Under the pieces are notes generated by a model, which was not told the DNA's origin, made no database searches, and saw only the letters and a program-made list of their open reading frames with translations. Positions 8,267-11,120 of a stretch of DNA of 11,120 nucleotides are shown here, piece after piece. Every line of letters starts with the position of its first letter. The first letter of the stretch is position 1. The DNA lies in NCBI GenBank assembly GCA_043822705.1, contig JBDRBK010000210.1:1-11120 (forward strand). The letters are read 5' to 3'. This stretch comes from Fidelibacterota bacterium (GTDB taxonomy: Bacteria; Fidelibacterota; Marinisomatia; Marinisomatales; TCS56). The position numbers and the translations under genes are program-made.

Positions 8267-9184
8267 TCATTTAATTGCGGATAAACTGACAGCGATTTCG
8301 GTCGCCAGCCGCACGTTGTTCAAGGCAAGACTGATGTTGGCCGGAAGGCTCCTACCTTCGGTAAGCTGAACAATTTTGCTTAAAAGAAACGGAGTCACCT
8401 TTTTTCCGAGTATATTGCTCAGGCAACATTCGGCCAGGGCGCGGTCAATAATTTCATTGATATAATCCACTGGAAGTGCGTCTGTTTTGGGTACCGGATT
8501 TGTTACCAGCAAGGCTGACTTGCCGCCGTATTTTTTATGAACTTGAAAAATGTCGGCTATCGCCGCCGGCGAATCGGCCTGGTGTTGCAACTTGGAGCCG
8601 GAGCCCCTGGAATAAAAGGCTGGAAATTCGTTGGTTTTAAAGCCGACCACAGGAACACCGAAGGTCTCGAGATATTCGAGCGTGAGTGGTATATCAAGAA
8701 TTGCCTTGGCACCGGCGGAAACCACGATCATTGTTGTCCGGCTTAATTCGTGCAGATCTTCAGAGATATCCATGCTTGCTTCGGCGCCGCGATGAACACC
8801 GCCGAATCCACCGGTAGCAAAGACATCGATGCCGGCCAGGGATGCCAGGCGCATGGTAGCGGAGACCGTGGTGGCGCCCGTTATACCTTCAGCCAGAGCG
8901 AAGGCAATATCGCGTGCAGCTACTTTTTCAACAAGCGGGTCGTGGGCCAGCCGCAGCAGTTCCGGTTCTTCCAGTCCGATGTGTACATGACCGTCAACGA
9001 TAGCAATTGTGGCCGGCGTTACACCCATATTTCGCGCCAACCCTTCTGCTTTGCGGGCGAAGTGGAGATTGTCGGGATAAGGCATGCCATGACTGATAAT
9101 GGTCGACTCCAAAGCCAGAACGGGGATTCCGTTTTTGAGTGCGGCCGATACGTCTACGGAATAGCTCAAGCTGTTTTTATCCAT
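8267..9184 (-). CDS. psuG: Pseudouridine-5'-phosphate glycosidase
   Basis: ALESTIISHGMPYP, GATTVSATM, FATGGFGGVHRG, DISEDL, GAKAILD, TLEYLET, GKKVTPFLL. Confidence 0.95.
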   Translation of the reverse strand: MDKNSLSYSVDVSAALKNGIPVLALESTIISHGMPYPDNLHFARKAEGLARNMGVTPATIAIVDGHVHIGLEEPELLRLAHDPLVEKVAARDIAFALAEGITGATTVSATMRLASLAGIDVFATGGFGGVHRGAEASMDISEDLHELSRTTMIVVSAGAKAILDIPLTLEYLETFGVPVVGFKTNEFPAFYSRGSGSKLQHQADSPAAIADIFQVHKKYGGKSALLVTNPVPKTDALPVDYINEIIDRALAECCLSNILGKKVTPFLLSKIVQLTEGRSLPANISLALNNVRLATEIAVSLSAIK

Positions 9185-9290
9185 AATGAAATTTATTACC
9201 GATAAAGGGGGCGATCACAGGCCAATATTAAACCATGCCGATTGTGCCGAAAGGAAACAAACAGGCAGGAAAATTAGCAGATTAAATAAA

Positions 9291-9320
9291 TTGTCAGCAA
9301 GTTGGGGCGGACGGTAATTT
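9291..9320 (+). promoter_or_regulatory. Possible sigma70-type promoter for the MATE gene
   Basis: TTGTCA (9291-9296), 18-nt spacer, TAATTT (9315-9320), in the divergent intergenic region. Confidence 0.4.
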
Positions 9321-9388
9321 CAGGCCAGCCTGTCGCAGTGTTTCCTCTGATTTCTTCACGGTCGCCGGAAATTGAAAGCTCTGATCCG

Positions 9389-10822
9389 ATGCAGTTTTCG
9401 TTCAAAAATATCATAAAGCCGCTGGATGCAGCCATATCCCGGAACGTGCTGATAATAGCCCTACCCGTAATTCTCAGCAACTTGAGTCGTGTTTTTATGA
9501 ATCTGGCTGATATGGCGATGGTCGGACGACTGGGCGCACCGGCTCTGGCGGCCGTCGGGATGGGATCGATGGTTGTGTGGACCGTTCTCAGTACCGGTAT
9601 CAGCCTGCGGACGGCGGTACAGACGCTGGCCGCCCGCCGTCTGGGGCAGCAGCGTTGGGCCGAATGCGGAACGGCCATTCATAACGGCCTGTTTATTGCC
9701 GGCACGTCCGGACTGGGACTTGCAATTATCGGCTTTTATTTGTCGGGTAAACTGGCTCCGTTGTTATTGTCTGATTCTGTCGTTATTCCCCTCTGTTCAG
9801 ATTATATGTCGGTGGCCTTTATCAGTGTTTTATTTGCCAGTTGTGGTTTTGCGTTTCAGGGGTTTTACACCGGCGTGGAAAAAACCAGAATTCACATGAA
9901 TGTTTCGATCATTGCCAACCTGATCAACATTTATTTGAATGCCGGACTGATATACGGCCGGTCCGGGGTGATTGATTTCTTTGAAAAATTTATGGCTGGC
10001 CGGCTTGACTTTCTGAGCTATGCCTGGTCCTGGCTGCCGTTTCCGGCGCTGGGTGTCAAAGGAGCGGCGGTGGCGACCCTGATCGCATCGATCTGGATGA
10101 CCGCGCACTACCTGATCTATTTGTTCGCCCCGGAAATCCGCCGAAAATATCAGGTGTTGAAATTCAGCCTGGATCTGACAATGCTGCGCCGCCAGTTGTC
10201 ACTGGCCCTGCCGCAGGCACTGCAACAAATTATGGTCATGGGCGGGTTCGTCGTATTTTTCAAAATTGTAGGAACCATCGGCACCGCCGAATTGGCGGCG
10301 ACTGAAGTGGTTTTCAGCATAATGGGCGCTTCTTTCATGCCCGGCGCCGGCGTCGGGCAGGGTTGCGCCACCCTGGTGGGAAAATTCTTGGGCGAGCGTC
10401 AACCGGAAAAATCAGAAATCAGCATTATTGAAGGTGTGCGCTGGTCGTTGTTGTTTATGGGCTCGATGGGCATTTTGTTTTTTACAATTCCGCATCGGAT
10501 TCTGCCGCTTTTCACCAGTGATGCCGATGTCATTCGGGTCGGGATTGTCGGTCTGCGGGTTCTGGCTTTTGCCCAGTTTGCCGACGCAGTCGGAATCACC
10601 CTGTGGTTTTCGTTGACCGGCGCCGGCAATACGGTATACCCGGCCCTGGTGGAGGTTGCCATTTCCTGGGGATTTTTCCTGCCGGCAAGTTACCTGCTGG
10701 GCATTGTTTTCGGTTTTGGTTATCTGGGCTGCTGGCTGGCGTTTGCCGTTTATATCGTCCTGTTCGCCGGCATGATGGTCTGGAAAATATTCCAGGGAGA
10801 CTGGAAAGATATCGTGGTTTGA
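9389..10822 (+). CDS. MATE family efflux transporter
   Basis: About 12 hydrophobic segments; ALPVIL, DMAMVGRLGAPALAAVG, PALGVKGAAVAT, TLVGKFLG, GAGNT, FGYLGCW. Start placed at ATG 9389 rather than TTG 9302. Confidence 0.93.
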   Translation: MQFSFKNIIKPLDAAISRNVLIIALPVILSNLSRVFMNLADMAMVGRLGAPALAAVGMGSMVVWTVLSTGISLRTAVQTLAARRLGQQRWAECGTAIHNGLFIAGTSGLGLAIIGFYLSGKLAPLLLSDSVVIPLCSDYMSVAFISVLFASCGFAFQGFYTGVEKTRIHMNVSIIANLINIYLNAGLIYGRSGVIDFFEKFMAGRLDFLSYAWSWLPFPALGVKGAAVATLIASIWMTAHYLIYLFAPEIRRKYQVLKFSLDLTMLRRQLSLALPQALQQIMVMGGFVVFFKIVGTIGTAELAATEVVFSIMGASFMPGAGVGQGCATLVGKFLGERQPEKSEISIIEGVRWSLLFMGSMGILFFTIPHRILPLFTSDADVIRVGIVGLRVLAFAQFADAVGITLWFSLTGAGNTVYPALVEVAISWGFFLPASYLLGIVFGFGYLGCWLAFAVYIVLFAGMMVWKIFQGDWKDIVV

Positions 10823-10919
10823 AAATCAATCGCGGCGCCGGACATAAAATGGCCGAATGGTTAAAACCAGAATATGGTTGGACTGTCAGTCGCGGGAATA
10901 GGTAAATTTACCGTCTTAA

Positions 10920-11120
<201 letters not shown>

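Noticed and set aside
9210..9270. Riboswitch-like CC-GAAA-GG loop in the psuG/MATE intergenic region
   Set aside because: The stem is too short and the remaining conserved c-di-GMP-I riboswitch elements could not be matched.
9302..9388. N-terminal extension of MATE from TTG 9302
   Set aside because: Not MATE-like and overlaps the putative promoter; ATG 9389 gives a typical length.
156..10905. Numerous short antisense or alternate-frame ORFs in the track (e.g. 701-1066, 3180-3701, 8750-9205, 9274-9678, 10603-10905)
   Set aside because: They overlap well-supported genes and show no recognisable motifs; most likely shadow ORFs.

Overview
Bacterial chromosomal window made mostly of housekeeping genes. 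The + strand carries the 3' end of gyrB, gyrA, yggS (PLPBP), a divergent purine-nucleoside-phosphorylase-like ORF, a small HU/IHF-family gene and a translationally coupled HU-transmembrane-LysM fusion. After a 325-nt intergenic region with a long-range inverted repeat come a DUF192 putative lipoprotein and rarD. The - strand carries a psuG - acyl-CoA thioesterase - arfB cluster. The window ends on the + strand with a MATE transporter and the 5' end of pyruvate:ferredoxin/flavodoxin oxidoreductase (nifJ, absent from the ORF track). Three things deserve a second look: (1) the HU + HU-TM-LysM unit with its own promoter, a candidate nucleoid-to-cell-wall tether, with a 10-bp tandem repeat and an internal start at the domain junction; (2) an apparently catalytically dead PNP homologue that keeps the subunit-interface motif; (3) a ~155-nt rod-like structured element downstream of the HU operon. 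No mobile element, CRISPR, tRNA or rRNA was recognised. All calls come from motif recognition by eye; no searches were run.
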